DNA from: Longimicrobiales bacterium
GTDB taxonomy: Bacteria; Gemmatimonadota; Gemmatimonadetes; Longimicrobiales; Gaopeijiaceae
Direction: 5' to 3'
Assembly (NCBI GenBank): GCA_965198065.1
Contig: CBDAON010000004.1
Location: 224,001 to 288,000, forward strand
DNA: 64,000 nucleotides
The notes beneath the pieces were generated by a model. It saw only the letters and a program-made list of their open reading frames with translations. It was not told the DNA's origin and made no database searches. The position numbers and the translations under genes are program-made. Below, piece after piece: positions 10,469-20,527 of this stretch; the stretch's first letter is position 1, and each line of letters starts with the position of its first letter.

Positions 10469-10885
10469 TCACCGTACGAAATCAGGCGACCCGACGCTCA
10501 CCCTGAAGTCTACCCCGCGCGTTAGCGTGTTCACCATGATGCAGCCGTTCTCCGCGATTCTCACGAGGCGCTCAAAGAGGTCGCTGTCGGCGCAGTCGCC
10601 GGTTACCTCCAGGGAGACGGAAGTGAATCGTGAGGGGCTATCGGCGAGAGTTCCCGTCACGAGGGTCTCTACGTCCGAAACGTCGGCCTCGCGCGCCCTG
10701 ATCGCTGCGAGCATGGTGCTCATGAAGCAACCTGCGACCGCTGCCAAGAAATACTCGCCGCCCATGGGACCTTCGTCGGCGCCGCCTTTGGCCTCGGGCC
10801 GGTCGACGAGCACTTTGTGCTCTCGAATGGTCGCCTCGCTCGTCGACGGGCCAACCTGACGGACTCGGACCTTCATCTCTGCCAC
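10469..10885 (-). CDS. OsmC/Ohr-family protein
   Basis: VDRPEAKGGADEGPMGGEYFLAAVAGC...GCIMVNTL two-cysteine pattern. Confidence 0.85.
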   Translation of the reverse strand: MAEMKVRVRQVGPSTSEATIREHKVLVDRPEAKGGADEGPMGGEYFLAAVAGCFMSTMLAAIRAREADVSDVETLVTGTLADSPSRFTSVSLEVTGDCADSDLFERLVRIAENGCIMVNTLTRGVDFRVSVGSPDFVR

Positions 10886-10988
10886 GGTCCGCTCATTCTC
10901 CGGGCGGCATCAAATCGAGTCGCAACGCGCTCCAGCCGCACGTCCGCTCCCGCCTGACGGAGCCGCTCGGCCATCCAGGTCGTGGAGC

Positions 10989-11052
10989 GCGTCCGCGGCG
11001 GAAAACGCTAGGTGGCCGGATGGACACCTCACCACGTAACCCCCGCCTCTTC
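10989..11052. repeat. Partial third copy of the repeat's right part, including the TPR gene 3' end
   Basis: GCGTCCGCGGCGGAAAACGCTAGGTGGCCGGATGGACACCTCACCACGTAA matches 7495-7545. Confidence 0.8.
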
Positions 11053-14000
11053 GAGTAACGCCTGGTATCTGGGGTCGTCGCGGAGGAGGTCCGGATGGTT
11101 CGAGCGTGCGTCGGCAACGGCCGCGCGTCCGTATAATCCCGCTCGAACGATCTCTTCGAACAGCGCGAGGGCGCGCTCAGATTGCCCGGTCTCAGTGGAC
11201 ATCCAAAACGAACCCCCGGAGACCGTTGGCGGCTGACCAGTTTGGTGGTAGCGTATCGCCGCTTCATACGCGTCTCTCCCGGCTTGAACGTCAACATTGG
11301 CGATTTCCAGATACCTACCAAATGCTTCCAGCCCCTCCTCGTATTCGCCGACCTCCAACAGCGCCTTAGATAGCTCAAACCAGCCATTTTGCCACTCTGG
11401 GGCCAAGGCTATGGTTTCGTAGTGTTGTTCGATCGCCTCGTCAATACGCCCAGCTACCGACAAGGCCCAACCCAGAACCATAGAATGCGCCTGGGAGACC
11501 GGATCGAGTTCAAAAGCCCGCTCTGCATGAATTACTGCCTCGATCGCGCTTCCAGTGCTGTAAGAGTGACCAGCGTACCATTGGTGCGCTTGGGCATATC
11601 CTGGGTTCAGATCGATCGCCAACTCGAACTCCTGTTCAGCTCTTTCCCATTCGCCAAGGTTCTGCAACCCGTAGGCCAGAGAAGCGCGAGCCATGCCGAG
11701 GGAGGGGTCCAGTTCCACGGCTCTGCGGGCTGCGATGAGTCCCTGGTCAACATTCGGCCGCTCATCTTGGCGGGTATCGGTCAAATCGTATAAGCTCACC
11801 AAGAAATAGGGGTCCGCGAGCCCGGAGTACGCTTCTGCGTACTCCGAATCCAGCTCTATCGCAAGCTCGAACTCGGTGATCGCATCGCGAAGTCTCTGCA
11901 CGGTGCGTTGGCTAAAGAAAAACCGGAGTGAGTCCCATCTTTAGTTGAAATTGAAGCGGCCTCCAACCTCAGGTAACGTGGGTGTGCGACCACACCACGG
12001 GATCACAAGAGAGGAAGGAGGGCCACCGATGGGAAGGATGCCAAGGCTCGTCGAGCGGGGGCAAGAAGGACCGGCGGCTCGGGGAACCGAGGGAGGTGAG
12101 TTGGGAGGAGATCGAGGCGCTGGAGCTGGACCCTCGGGTGGAGCTGATCCGGCAGCTGATTCCGCTGGGACTGGCGGAGGTGGGCCGGATGCTCGAGGAG
12201 GAAGTGGAGCAACTGGCGGGGCAACGTCACGCCAGGAAGACCGAGGACGATCGACATTGCCGGCATGGGCATAACCCAGGGTCGGTGCGGTTGGGCGGCC
12301 AGCGGCATCCGGTGCGAGTACCGCGGGTGCGAGGCCCGGCCGGAGAGTCGAGGCTGGCGGCGTATGAGCAGCTGCATGGCTCGCCCGGCGAGATGGACGA
12401 GGGGCTGTTTCGGAAGGTGCTGCTCGGGATCTCGTGCCGGGACTACGAGGCAGCGGTCGAGGCGGTGCCTGGAGCCATCGGGCTGTCGAAGTCGACGGTC
12501 TCGCGGGAGTTCAAGAAGGCCACGGCCGCGAAGCTGAAGGAGTTTCAGGAGCGGGACCTCTCGGGTTACGACGTGGGGTGGCACTCGTCCTGGACGGCAA
12601 GAGCTTTGCCGAGGACGAGATGGTCGTCGCGCTCGGGGTGACGACCAAGGGGGACAAGGTCTTCCTCGGGTTCGTCCAGACCGACACGGAGAACGCCGTG
12701 GTGATCCGATCCTTCCTTCGGAGTCTGAAGGACCGAGGTCTCGACCTGTCGGCCGGAGCGCTCGTGGTGATCGATGGAGCCCGCGGTCTCCGGAGCGGCG
12801 TCCTGGCGGTCTTCAAGGGACAGGTGCTCATCCAGCGGTGCCAGTGGCACAAGCGGAAGAACGTGATCTCGTATCTGCCGAGAGCGGAGCAGAAGGGCTG
12901 GCGCCAGCGTCTGCAGCGCGCCTACCAGCGGCCCACGTACGAAGAGGCCGTCAAGGACCTCAAGGCCCTGCGCCAGGAGCTCGCGGGGGTGAACCAGTCC
13001 GCGGCGGCCAGTCTCGATGAGGGGTTCGAGGAGACCCTCACCCTCCACCGGTTGGGAGTCTTCCCCCTGGTCGGCCAGTCGCTCAAGACCACCAACGTGC
13101 TCGAGTCCGTGAACGCCCTGGCCGAGCAGAGGTGCGGACGCGTGGACCACTGGAAGAACTCGAGCCAGAAGCACCGATGGCTCGCGACCACGCTCCTGGA
13201 GATCTAGTCACGGCTCCGGAGGTTGCTCGGGTACCGACACCTCCCGCTCCTCAGGGCCGCGATCCAGAAGGACCTCGGGATCACCCTTCCCGAGAGCCGT
13301 TCACATGCTGTCGCCTGAGACGGAGGCCGCTCCAGTTTCAACTAACTTTGGGATTGACTCAAAAAACGGCCTCGCTGATACGCCTGGAACGCCTCAGGAA
13401 CGGTGGTCCCCTGTGCCACGAGCGGCGTCTCTGCCCCTCCGGCCAGCGCGACCTGAAGTTCGTCCGTAACTGCGCGGGCTAATGCGTCCTGAATCGCGAA
13501 GATGTTCGAAGCTGGGCCGTCGATTGCCTCCGACCACAGAACAGCCCCAGTTGCAGCCTCTACAAGCCGAGGCCGGACACGAACCGTCTCACCCACCTGC
13601 TGAAGGTCGCATTCCAGCACTGTCGCAACATCCAACGTCTCCGCGATTTCCTCGATGTCGGCGTTCAACTCAAGCGCGATGACTGAGGTAATGCCAATGA
13701 CCTTGAGGCCGGGCAGCTGCGTCAGGCCACCAATGATCCCTTCGGCGAAACCTTGAGTGAGAGGGGTCTGATCTCCTGGCGCGCTCGCATCGGTGCATGG
13801 CATCACCGCGACCGACGGCTCAATGGACGCGGGAGCCTCAGCGGTCGTGGATCCCGTTCCATCGCCGAACATGACCCAGCCCACCCCTACGCCGATCAAC
13901 ACGAAGAAAGCCCCGACTCCCCCCAGGGTGGCTTTCTTCCACGTAAAGAGACGGGACGGGACCGTGGACTCCACTTGATCCCCCGTTTCCTGTGCCGGGG

Positions 14001-14265
14001 CTGTGCTCTTGGCGCGTTGGGCCTCGTGTCCCGGACCGCCTTCCTGCACGAACGCGGTCGCGAGCACGATCGGGAGCCCAACGATTAGCAGACCCAGCGC
14101 AAGCGTAGGGAACCACTCCGGTAGTGCCGTGGTGTCAGTTAGCTCCCCTGCCACCTGCAGCACGACCCAACTAGCCACAGCATAGATCCCCAGCACCTGC
14201 CAGAGACTACGGCGGTGGATCTCGCCGATGAAACGCTTGAGAGGATTGTCGGAGGGGTCAGCCAT
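11029..14265 (-). pseudogene. Membrane-anchored TolB-N/FlgO-like plus TPR protein, split by IS copy 1
   Basis: N-part 14265-13361 (EIHRRSLWQVLGIY...SVAVMP...AFQAYQRGRF) and C-part 11925-11029 (RFFFSQRTVQRLRDAI...LEEAGVTW) rejoin in frame across the IS. Confidence 0.85.
11926..13360 (+). mobile_element. IS256-family insertion sequence, copy 1 (transposase 12029-13318 interrupted)
   Basis: 39-bp imperfect terminal IRs (32/39); DDE-type segments LVLDG, VVIDG, IQRCQWHK, TTNVLES; 8-bp target duplication AAAAACCG/AAAAAACG. Confidence 0.92.
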
Positions 14266-14321
14266 ACGTCCCGCCGGTTAACGGCCTTTGAGGGCTCTGC
14301 TCAGTCGGGTGGTAGGGTCGG

Positions 14322-15912
14322 TCACTGATCCGGCACCACCTGCCTCAACTCCTCGAAGAAGTTCTGGACCAGGATAAGGCGCTGTGGCTCGGCAGCGCCC
14401 TCCTCGGCGCAACCTCCGAAGGGACGCACCATTAAGAACCGCTCGCCGTCTGAGCTGACATCGTAGAAATAGTTGCTCGGGCCGACCGGGTATCCAATTG
14501 GGATGGTGAACAGCATCTCTGGGGTCCGGGCCTGACCCGATGCAGGATCGAACCGGGCGGACAGCAGCCTACGCTCATCATCCACGAAGAACAACTCGTC
14601 GCCACTCTTCGCCCAAAGCGGCTCGAATCCCCCGTCGGTCGAGACACGCACTCTGGTCGAGTCCACGTTGGGAAACGGACGAATGAACACTTCGTCACGA
14701 CCTGTCTCGTTCGAGCTATACGCGAGCCAGCGACCGTCTGGAGACAGGGCCGGTCCCTGCTCCGCAAACTCGGCTGAGGCGACCAGGGATACTGCGGAGC
14801 TGTCCACCCCGGGACAGAAGCCGAGAATGTCTCGCAGGCCCAGACCCTCCGATGCTGTCGCGGCGCTGCGGAACACCAACCACTCGCCATCAGAACTCCA
14901 CGATCCCTGGGTGACGCCACGTTCGTCATCGAGTATGAGCACCGCGTCTCCAGTCCCGTCCGCACGCCTGGACCAAATGTTCGACGCCGAGAAGTACGTT
15001 ACGCTTTGCCCATCGGGCATCCAGAATGGCCTGACGTCCGGGTCCTCCGAGAAGGTGATTCTCTCTTCCGGGCCATCGGGCAACTGCTTGATACGAACAT
15101 CAATGTTCCCATCGACTATGCTATTGAAGACGATCTTCGTTTCATCCGGGGACAGCCTCCATCCGTAGTTGCCTACTGTAGGGGCAAACGCGTACCCCGG
15201 ATCGACGGGCGTAGCCTGGCCGGAGCGAGTGACCCATACGAACTCGTTCAATGACGCTGAGGCGGACCCTTCCACGTAGAGGAGCGTCCCGTCGGAACCA
15301 AGGACCATGTCTGCCATACCTGAGTTGCCGAGATTTGCCGTTCTAACACCCTCGAGGAGTGGGACTGAGGAGCCCGCAAGCTGCAACGCAGTGATGTCGA
15401 AAGGTTGGGCCAAGACAGCGCCGTCGGCGCGGACGTAGACGATGTGTCCGGTGGGGACGTACCAAGCTCGTGCGACTCCTGAGAAGAGGACTTCTGATGA
15501 TAGATCCTCCAGATCCACGATGTGGAGCTGGTTGGTATCAAGCGTACAGCCCACTCCTGGGCAAGCGACAACAAGTGCCCCTCGTGCGCCTGGGAGACCG
15601 TGAACCCAAGTGATCGACACCTCTTGCTCGCTAGCCCCAAAGACCACGTTGAGCGGCGCTCCTCCGTCTTCTGAGATCCGCGCAATCCGACGGGTGGACA
15701 CACCCTCCCCAGTACCAAACTGCTCATAGAGAATCGTACCGTCGTCGAGCCAAGAGAGACCTACGAGGCCAGCCGTGCTCGGTGCGTCCTCCGCGATCCT
15801 GATGGGAGAGCCCCCAACGAGTGGACGCTTGAAGAGTTCTGTTCCGATCGAATAGGCGATCCAGTCACCGTCGGGCGAGTACACGACGTCCCTGGCCCCC
15901 TCCGTTCCCTGG
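14322..15912 (-). pseudogene. TolB-like PD40 beta-propeller (probable C-terminus of a kinase-propeller protein), 5'-truncated by IS copy 2
   Basis: YSPDGDWIAY, LSPDETKI, WSSDGEWL, LSPDGRWLAYSSNETGRDEVF, LVQNFFEELR; ORF start lies inside the IS. Confidence 0.8.
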
Positions 15913-17346
15913 GAGTCAATCCCAAAGTTAGTTGAAACTGGAGCGGCCTCCGTCTCAGGCGACAGCATGTGAACGGCTCTCGGGAAGGGTGATCCCGAGG
16001 TCCTTCTGGATCGCGGCCCTGAGGAGCGGGAGGTGTCGGTACCCGAGCAACCTCCGGAGCCGTGACTAGATCTCCAGGAGCGTGGTCGCGAGCCATCGGT
16101 GCTTCTGGCTCGAGTTCTTCCAGTGGTCCACGCGTCCGCACCTCTGCTCGGCCAGGGCGTTCACGGACTCGAGCACGTTGGTGGTCTTGAGCGACTGGCC
16201 GACCAGGGGGAAGACTCCCAACCGGTGGAGGGTGAGGGTCTCCTCGAACCCCTCATCGAGACTGGCCGCCGCGGACTGGTTCACCCCCGCGAGCTCCTGG
16301 CGCAGGGCCTTGAGGTCCTTGACGGCCTCTTCGTACGTGGGCCGCTGGTAGGCGCGCTGCAGACGCTGGCGCCAGCCCTTCTGCTCCGCTCTCGGCAGAT
16401 ACGAGATCACGTTCTCCCGCTTGTGCCACTGGCACCGCTGGATGAGCACCTGTCCCTTGAAGACCGCCAGGACGCCGCTCCGGAGACCGCGGGCTCCATC
16501 GATCACCACGAGCGCTCCGGCCGACAGGTCGAGACCTCGGTCCTTCAGACTCCGAAGGAAGGATCGGATCACCACGGCGTTCTCCGTGTCGGTCTGGACG
16601 AACCCGAGGAAGACCTTGTCCCCCTTGGTCGTCACCCCGAGCGCGACGACCATCTCGTCCTCGGCAAAGCTCTTGCCGTCCAGGACGAGTGCCACCCCAC
16701 GTCGTAACCCGAGAGGTCCCGCTCCTGAAACTCCTTCAGCTTCGCGGCCGTGGCCTTCTTGAACTCCCGCGAGACCGTCGACTTCGACAGCCCGATGGCT
16801 CCAGGCACCGCCTCGACCGCTGCCTCGTAGTCCCGGCACGAGATCCCGAGCAGCACCTTCCGAAACAGCCCCTCGTCCATCTCGCCGGGCGAGCCATGCA
16901 GCTGCTCATACGCCGCCAGCCTCGACTCTCCGGCCGGGCCTCGCACCCGCGGTACTCGCACCGGATGCCGCTGGCCGCCCAACCGCACCGACCCTGGGTT
17001 ATGCCCATGCCGGCAATGTCGATCGTCCTCGGTCTTCCTGGCGTGACGTTGCCCCGCCAGTTGCTCCACTTCCTCCTCGAGCATCCGGCCCACCTCCGCC
17101 AGTCCCAGCGGAATCAGCTGCCGGATCAGCTCCACCCGAGGGTCCAGCTCCAGCGCCTCGATCTCCTCCCAACTCACCTCCCTCGGTTCCCCGAGCCGCC
17201 GGTCCTTCTTGCCCCCGCTCGACGAGCCTTGGCATCCTTCCCATCGGTGGCCTCCTTCCTCTCTTGTGATCCCGTGGTGTGGTCGCACACCCACGTTACC
17301 TGAGGTTGGAGGCCGCTTCAATTTCAACTAAAGATGGGACTCACTC
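15913..17346 (-). mobile_element. IS256-family insertion sequence, copy 2
   Basis: Reverse complement of copies 1 and 3 with the same IRs; no target duplication (TTCCCTGG vs TGGTTGGG). Confidence 0.92.
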
Positions 17347-17842
17347 TGGTTGGGGCCTCGTCAAAGCGTTCGCTCCGCCTTTCGGCCTGCCGGTAGTAGT
17401 TCACGAGGTCCCTCCGAAGCTCAACATCTTCGATAAGGGTCAACCGGCCTGAACTGACCAGCTCGTCAAACGTCGCCTACGTGAGAGGCACATTCCGCAT
17501 CAAGGCCGCGAACGCGACCGCATTCAGGACCGCCATCGTATCGATGGACTGTCCTCTAGGAGCGTCGAGAAACGCGAGAACCTTGTGCGCCGCATCCATC
17601 ATCTCGCGACTCTCGGACAGGATCGTTCGGAGGGCCCGCCCGTTCGCTTCAAAGTCCTGAGCTAGGCGCTCGAGATAAAGTGCCTCAAGGCGCTGTTCTT
17701 CATTGCCTTGTCGCCAGCCCTCGGCCCAAAGGGCGGCTGATACGCCGAGCATGATCACCAGCAACTCTCCAGCCAAACGGAGTCCGAGTGAGGCCCACGC
17801 CCTGGTTCGCCCCGGCATGGACTTAGCGCCCCCGTCCGACAT
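17347..17842 (-). pseudogene. Integron cassette 2 gene (N-terminal TM plus coiled coil, DUF6090-like), in-frame TAG and IS-truncated
   Basis: GELLVIMLGVSAALWAEGWRQ..YLERLAQDF; frame continues past TAG 17479-17477 as ATFDELVSSGRLTLIEDVELRRDLVNYY up to the IS end. Confidence 0.65.
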
Positions 17843-17898
17843 GCCTGTCCCCCTTCGCCTCGTTGCTCAGCCTTCGATCCGAACGATCATGAGATGCC

Positions 17899-17960
17899 GT
17901 CTAACGTCTCGCCGCTCAGCTGCCGCGCACAGCGCGGGCAGCTGCAGCGGCTTGTTAGCT
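17899..17960 (-). mobile_element. Integron attC site
   Basis: Minus strand AGCTAAC-AAGCCGCTGCAGCTGCCCGCGCTGTGCGCGGCAGCTGAGCGGCGAGAC-GTTAGAC: R''/R' boxes, long imperfect hairpin with unpaired bases; upstream gene TAA lies in R''. Confidence 0.88.
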
Positions 17961-18296
17961 GTCGTCGCCCCGCGAGTCGTCTAGCGCGACGTCGTATAGC
18001 GGTTGGACGTCCACTCGATCCCCGAGGCACTCGCCCATGACCTCTTTGTGCTCCTCATCGATCGCGTGCGTCGACCGAGCGAATGCCTCTCTCCCGCGGT
18101 CGAAGTCGGCCGCCTCCATCGCGTACACGAGGATGGGCCCGTCGACCGTCTGGAGAACGAACGCTTGCTCGTGGCTAATCGTCTCCTCAACGAACGTTGC
18201 CCGGACTTCGTCGGCCCGCGTCGAAAGTTCAGCTAGCCATGCTCGCAACCGGGCCTCTTTGCTCGGCTTTATTCGTCGCAAACTCACGCGCAGCAT
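17955..18296 (-). CDS. Integron cassette 1 gene, small DUF6176-like protein
   Basis: MLRVSLRRIKPSKEARLRAWLAEL..RADEVRATF..E.AFVL..DGPILVYAMEA..S.HAIDEEHK; RBS-like GGGAGAG upstream. Confidence 0.7.
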   Translation of the reverse strand: MLRVSLRRIKPSKEARLRAWLAELSTRADEVRATFVEETISHEQAFVLQTVDGPILVYAMEAADFDRGREAFARSTHAIDEEHKEVMGECLGDRVDVQPLYDVALDDSRGDDS

Positions 18297-18332
18297 GTGC
18301 TTGCTCTCCCTGTTCCGCGCCAGCTTTCGTAC

Positions 18333-18365
18333 AGCTAACAAGAAATCGACTGAACTGCGTAATAG
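18333..18365 (-). mobile_element. Putative attI site
   Basis: Minus strand CTATTACGCAGTTCAGTCGATTTCTT-GTTAGCT; the GTTAGCT core is exactly complementary to R'' (AGCTAAC) of the attC closing cassette 1; no attC hairpin upstream of it. Confidence 0.65.
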
Positions 18366-18546
18366 GGGCAACGCTGCAGATGCCCGCAACGTTTTGACCG
18401 CGCCGGACGTTGCTTCGCCCGTCGCAACTTCTGGGCCGGCAGGTACTTTCCGCCGGCACGCACGCCGTCGCACGTCCGATTATGCCGTGGGGAGAGGCAG
18501 CCTATCACCGTGTGTTCGCGTCGGGCATGGCCGGTCTTCGTGACGC

Positions 18547-18729
18547 TCAGAGTAGGATTCGGTCCGCGGGGCTGCGGACGGCACTGGGTCCACGGTTCAG
18601 GACGTGCGTATAGATCATGGTGGTGCTCACGTCGCGGTGGCCGAGCAATTCCTGGACGGTGCGAATGTCGTGGCCATCCTCGAGTAGATGGGTCGCGAAG
18701 GAGTGACGGAACGTGTGACAGCTCGCCCG
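18547..18729 (-). pseudogene. intI: Integron integrase C-terminal remnant
   Basis: [56 protein letters not shown]; tyrosine recombinase box II with the IntI-typical tail; N-terminal part absent. Confidence 0.88.
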
Positions 18730-18776
18730 ATGATCTGGGTGCTGGAGTGCTCGACCTACGGGGTGGTCGATTACCC

Positions 18777-19163
18777 TCACGCCATCAACCTGCTGGCGAG
18801 CACGGGCACCCACGCCTTCTTGATCTTGTGGATCACAGCCGAATCGGCCTGGGGTAACGCACCTTCGGTCGCGTCCCATAGCTCGTCGATGAGGTCCTGG
18901 TCGTAGGGCTCTTTGGGTAGCCCGAACTTGGCCGCGATGTCGATGGCTTTGAGTTGGTCTGCTGGCCTGGCTTCCTTCCTGCCGGTCGCGAACTCCTCAA
19001 GATGCGGTAGGCCCTTCTCTAGGATGTCGCGCATCGAGCCGCGGAGTTCGTTCGGGGGACGGCCTGGACGAGCATGGTTGCCGCCCTGTTTCAGCGCCCC
19101 ACCGTGCTTCTGCTTGACGAGCTTGTCCCCGGACTTGCTCCCGGACTTCCCATTGTCTCTCAC
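18777..19163 (-). CDS. Hypothetical protein resembling a phage terminase small subunit
   Basis: Basic N-terminus with [10 protein letters not shown] motif followed by helical segments. Confidence 0.4.
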   Translation of the reverse strand: MRDNGKSGSKSGDKLVKQKHGGALKQGGNHARPGRPPNELRGSMRDILEKGLPHLEEFATGRKEARPADQLKAIDIAAKFGLPKEPYDQDLIDELWDATEGALPQADSAVIHKIKKAWVPVLASRLMA

Positions 19164-19239
19164 GCTACCGAAGATGCTGCAGCAATCGCTTGTTAGGCCG
19201 CGCGGCGCCCGCTAAGGGTACGGTGTTCTGGGTCACGAC

Positions 19240-19296
19240 GTGCCCTACCTGTGCCCTAGACATGCGGGCACCGCTGGATAGTCGTTGTGCCACAAC
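19240..19296 (+). repeat. att-like module, inverted relative to those at 7388 and 10275
   Basis: GTGCCCTA-N3-GTGCCCTA (19240, 19251) followed by TAGTCGTTGTGCCACAAC; same order as the reverse complement of 7388-7455. Confidence 0.6.
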
Positions 19297-19303
19297 GGTT
19301 ATT

Positions 19304-19337
19304 GCTCATAGAGCGTCTGCTTCCGTAGCAGGTGGCC
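19304..19337 (+). pseudogene. Possible tRNA-Arg(CCG)-like remnant (partial D arm plus anticodon arm)
   Basis: GCTCA-TAGAGC-G-TCTGC-TTCCGTA-GCAGG-TGGCC; no acceptor stem or T arm. Confidence 0.35.
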
Positions 19338-19533
19338 GGTCGCCAGATCCCGCTTCCGGGTCGGTGGCGGTCGGCTCGGGGGCGCCTCTGTGGTAGCACG
19401 GATCAGGTAACGAGGAATCGGGGTGGCACCGGGCCGCGAGTCTTCCCATGTTGCCCCGGCCCGGTCTTGAAGCTGGCGCGTTAGTCTTCGCCCCGTCGCC
19501 GCTACCCACCTGCCCCCGGGCCCGGAGGAAGCA

Positions 19534-19975
19534 ATGGCGCGCCCAAGGCTACTTCGTGTTCCACTTGCCCTCGTGCTCGTCTCCTCGGCTACCGTTGCCT
19601 GCGCCGATGCCGGTACCGGAACCCAGGACGGCAGCATCACCGGGACGTACTCGTTGGTCATGGTCAACGGCTCCCCGCTGCCCGGCGTCGTGTACGAGGA
19701 GCCGGGGTACACAGAGGAGGTACTCGAGGGCTCCCCTCACGTTGCTCTCCGACAACACCTACCTGTCCCGATTCGTGTGGCGAGAGACCGAGGGCGGTGC
19801 TACGAGCACCGAAGAAGAAGTCGATGAGGGGACCTATGTCGTGTCCGGTAGTCAGATCACGTTCATAGACACGGAGGACCCGGACGATCCCATCCAGGGG
19901 GTGATCAGCGGGAACACGATTACGGTGACCTTCGAGGAGGACAGGGACCCGCAGGTCTGGGTCTTCGAGAAGTAG
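19534..19975 (+). CDS. Lipocalin-like lipoprotein with one frameshift (~19735)
   Basis: Lipobox TVAC, ITGTYSLVMVNGSPLP (19534 frame) continuing as LTLLSDNTY...DEGTYVVSGSQITF...VFEK (19448 frame); shift at a C4 run. Confidence 0.65.
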
Positions 19976-20527
19976 GGGCCCGATCTTCACGACTCCCCCT
20001 CGTTCTGGATGGCCCAGCGTTCGACCCGCGGCTCATTCTGAGTCACGGCCACCTCGTGCGCGTTCTCCAGTACGGCTATCGGCGTGGTCATGGGTCTGTA
20101 CTCGCTGGTTTCGGCGGCGCGATTTTTTCGCTTTGCTTGGTGGGGGGGCTCGTACCGTTCGACGCCACCTCCACGGCAGCGGCTTCCACTTCAACAGCAC
20201 ACGCCAACGACGGGTCACACCCACCGCTCTTTTTTTCTTCGTCCTCCCCCCTGGTAAAACCCCTCCCCTCGTGGCTCATTTTGAGTCGTGGACTCATTTT
20301 GGGTCGCGGCTTGTTTTTCGCGGCCAGGATGCGCGAGCGCCGTTCAAACGCCTCCAGTCTCGTGACGGCCCGGTGTAACCAGCGGCCGTCTTGTCCGTCC
20401 TCTTCGGCGATCCTGGCGAGACCAGAGCGGCGGGCTCCCGTAGTTGGACACCGTTTTGTGCCATCGCGGCGTGCGAGCTGTGGTTCGGTTAAGCCAGGTA
20501 CAACTCAAGAGAGGTGAGATACCAACG

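Noticed and set aside
7388..11052. CRISPR array or attC interpretation of the repeats
   Set aside because: Only two or three long copies kilobases apart, no spacers or cas genes; the internal palindrome lacks RYYYAAC/GTTRRRY boxes
11926..17346. Composite transposon formed by inverted IS copies 1 and 2
   Set aside because: Copy 1 has its own target duplication inside one gene whose halves rejoin, and the outer flanks share no duplication
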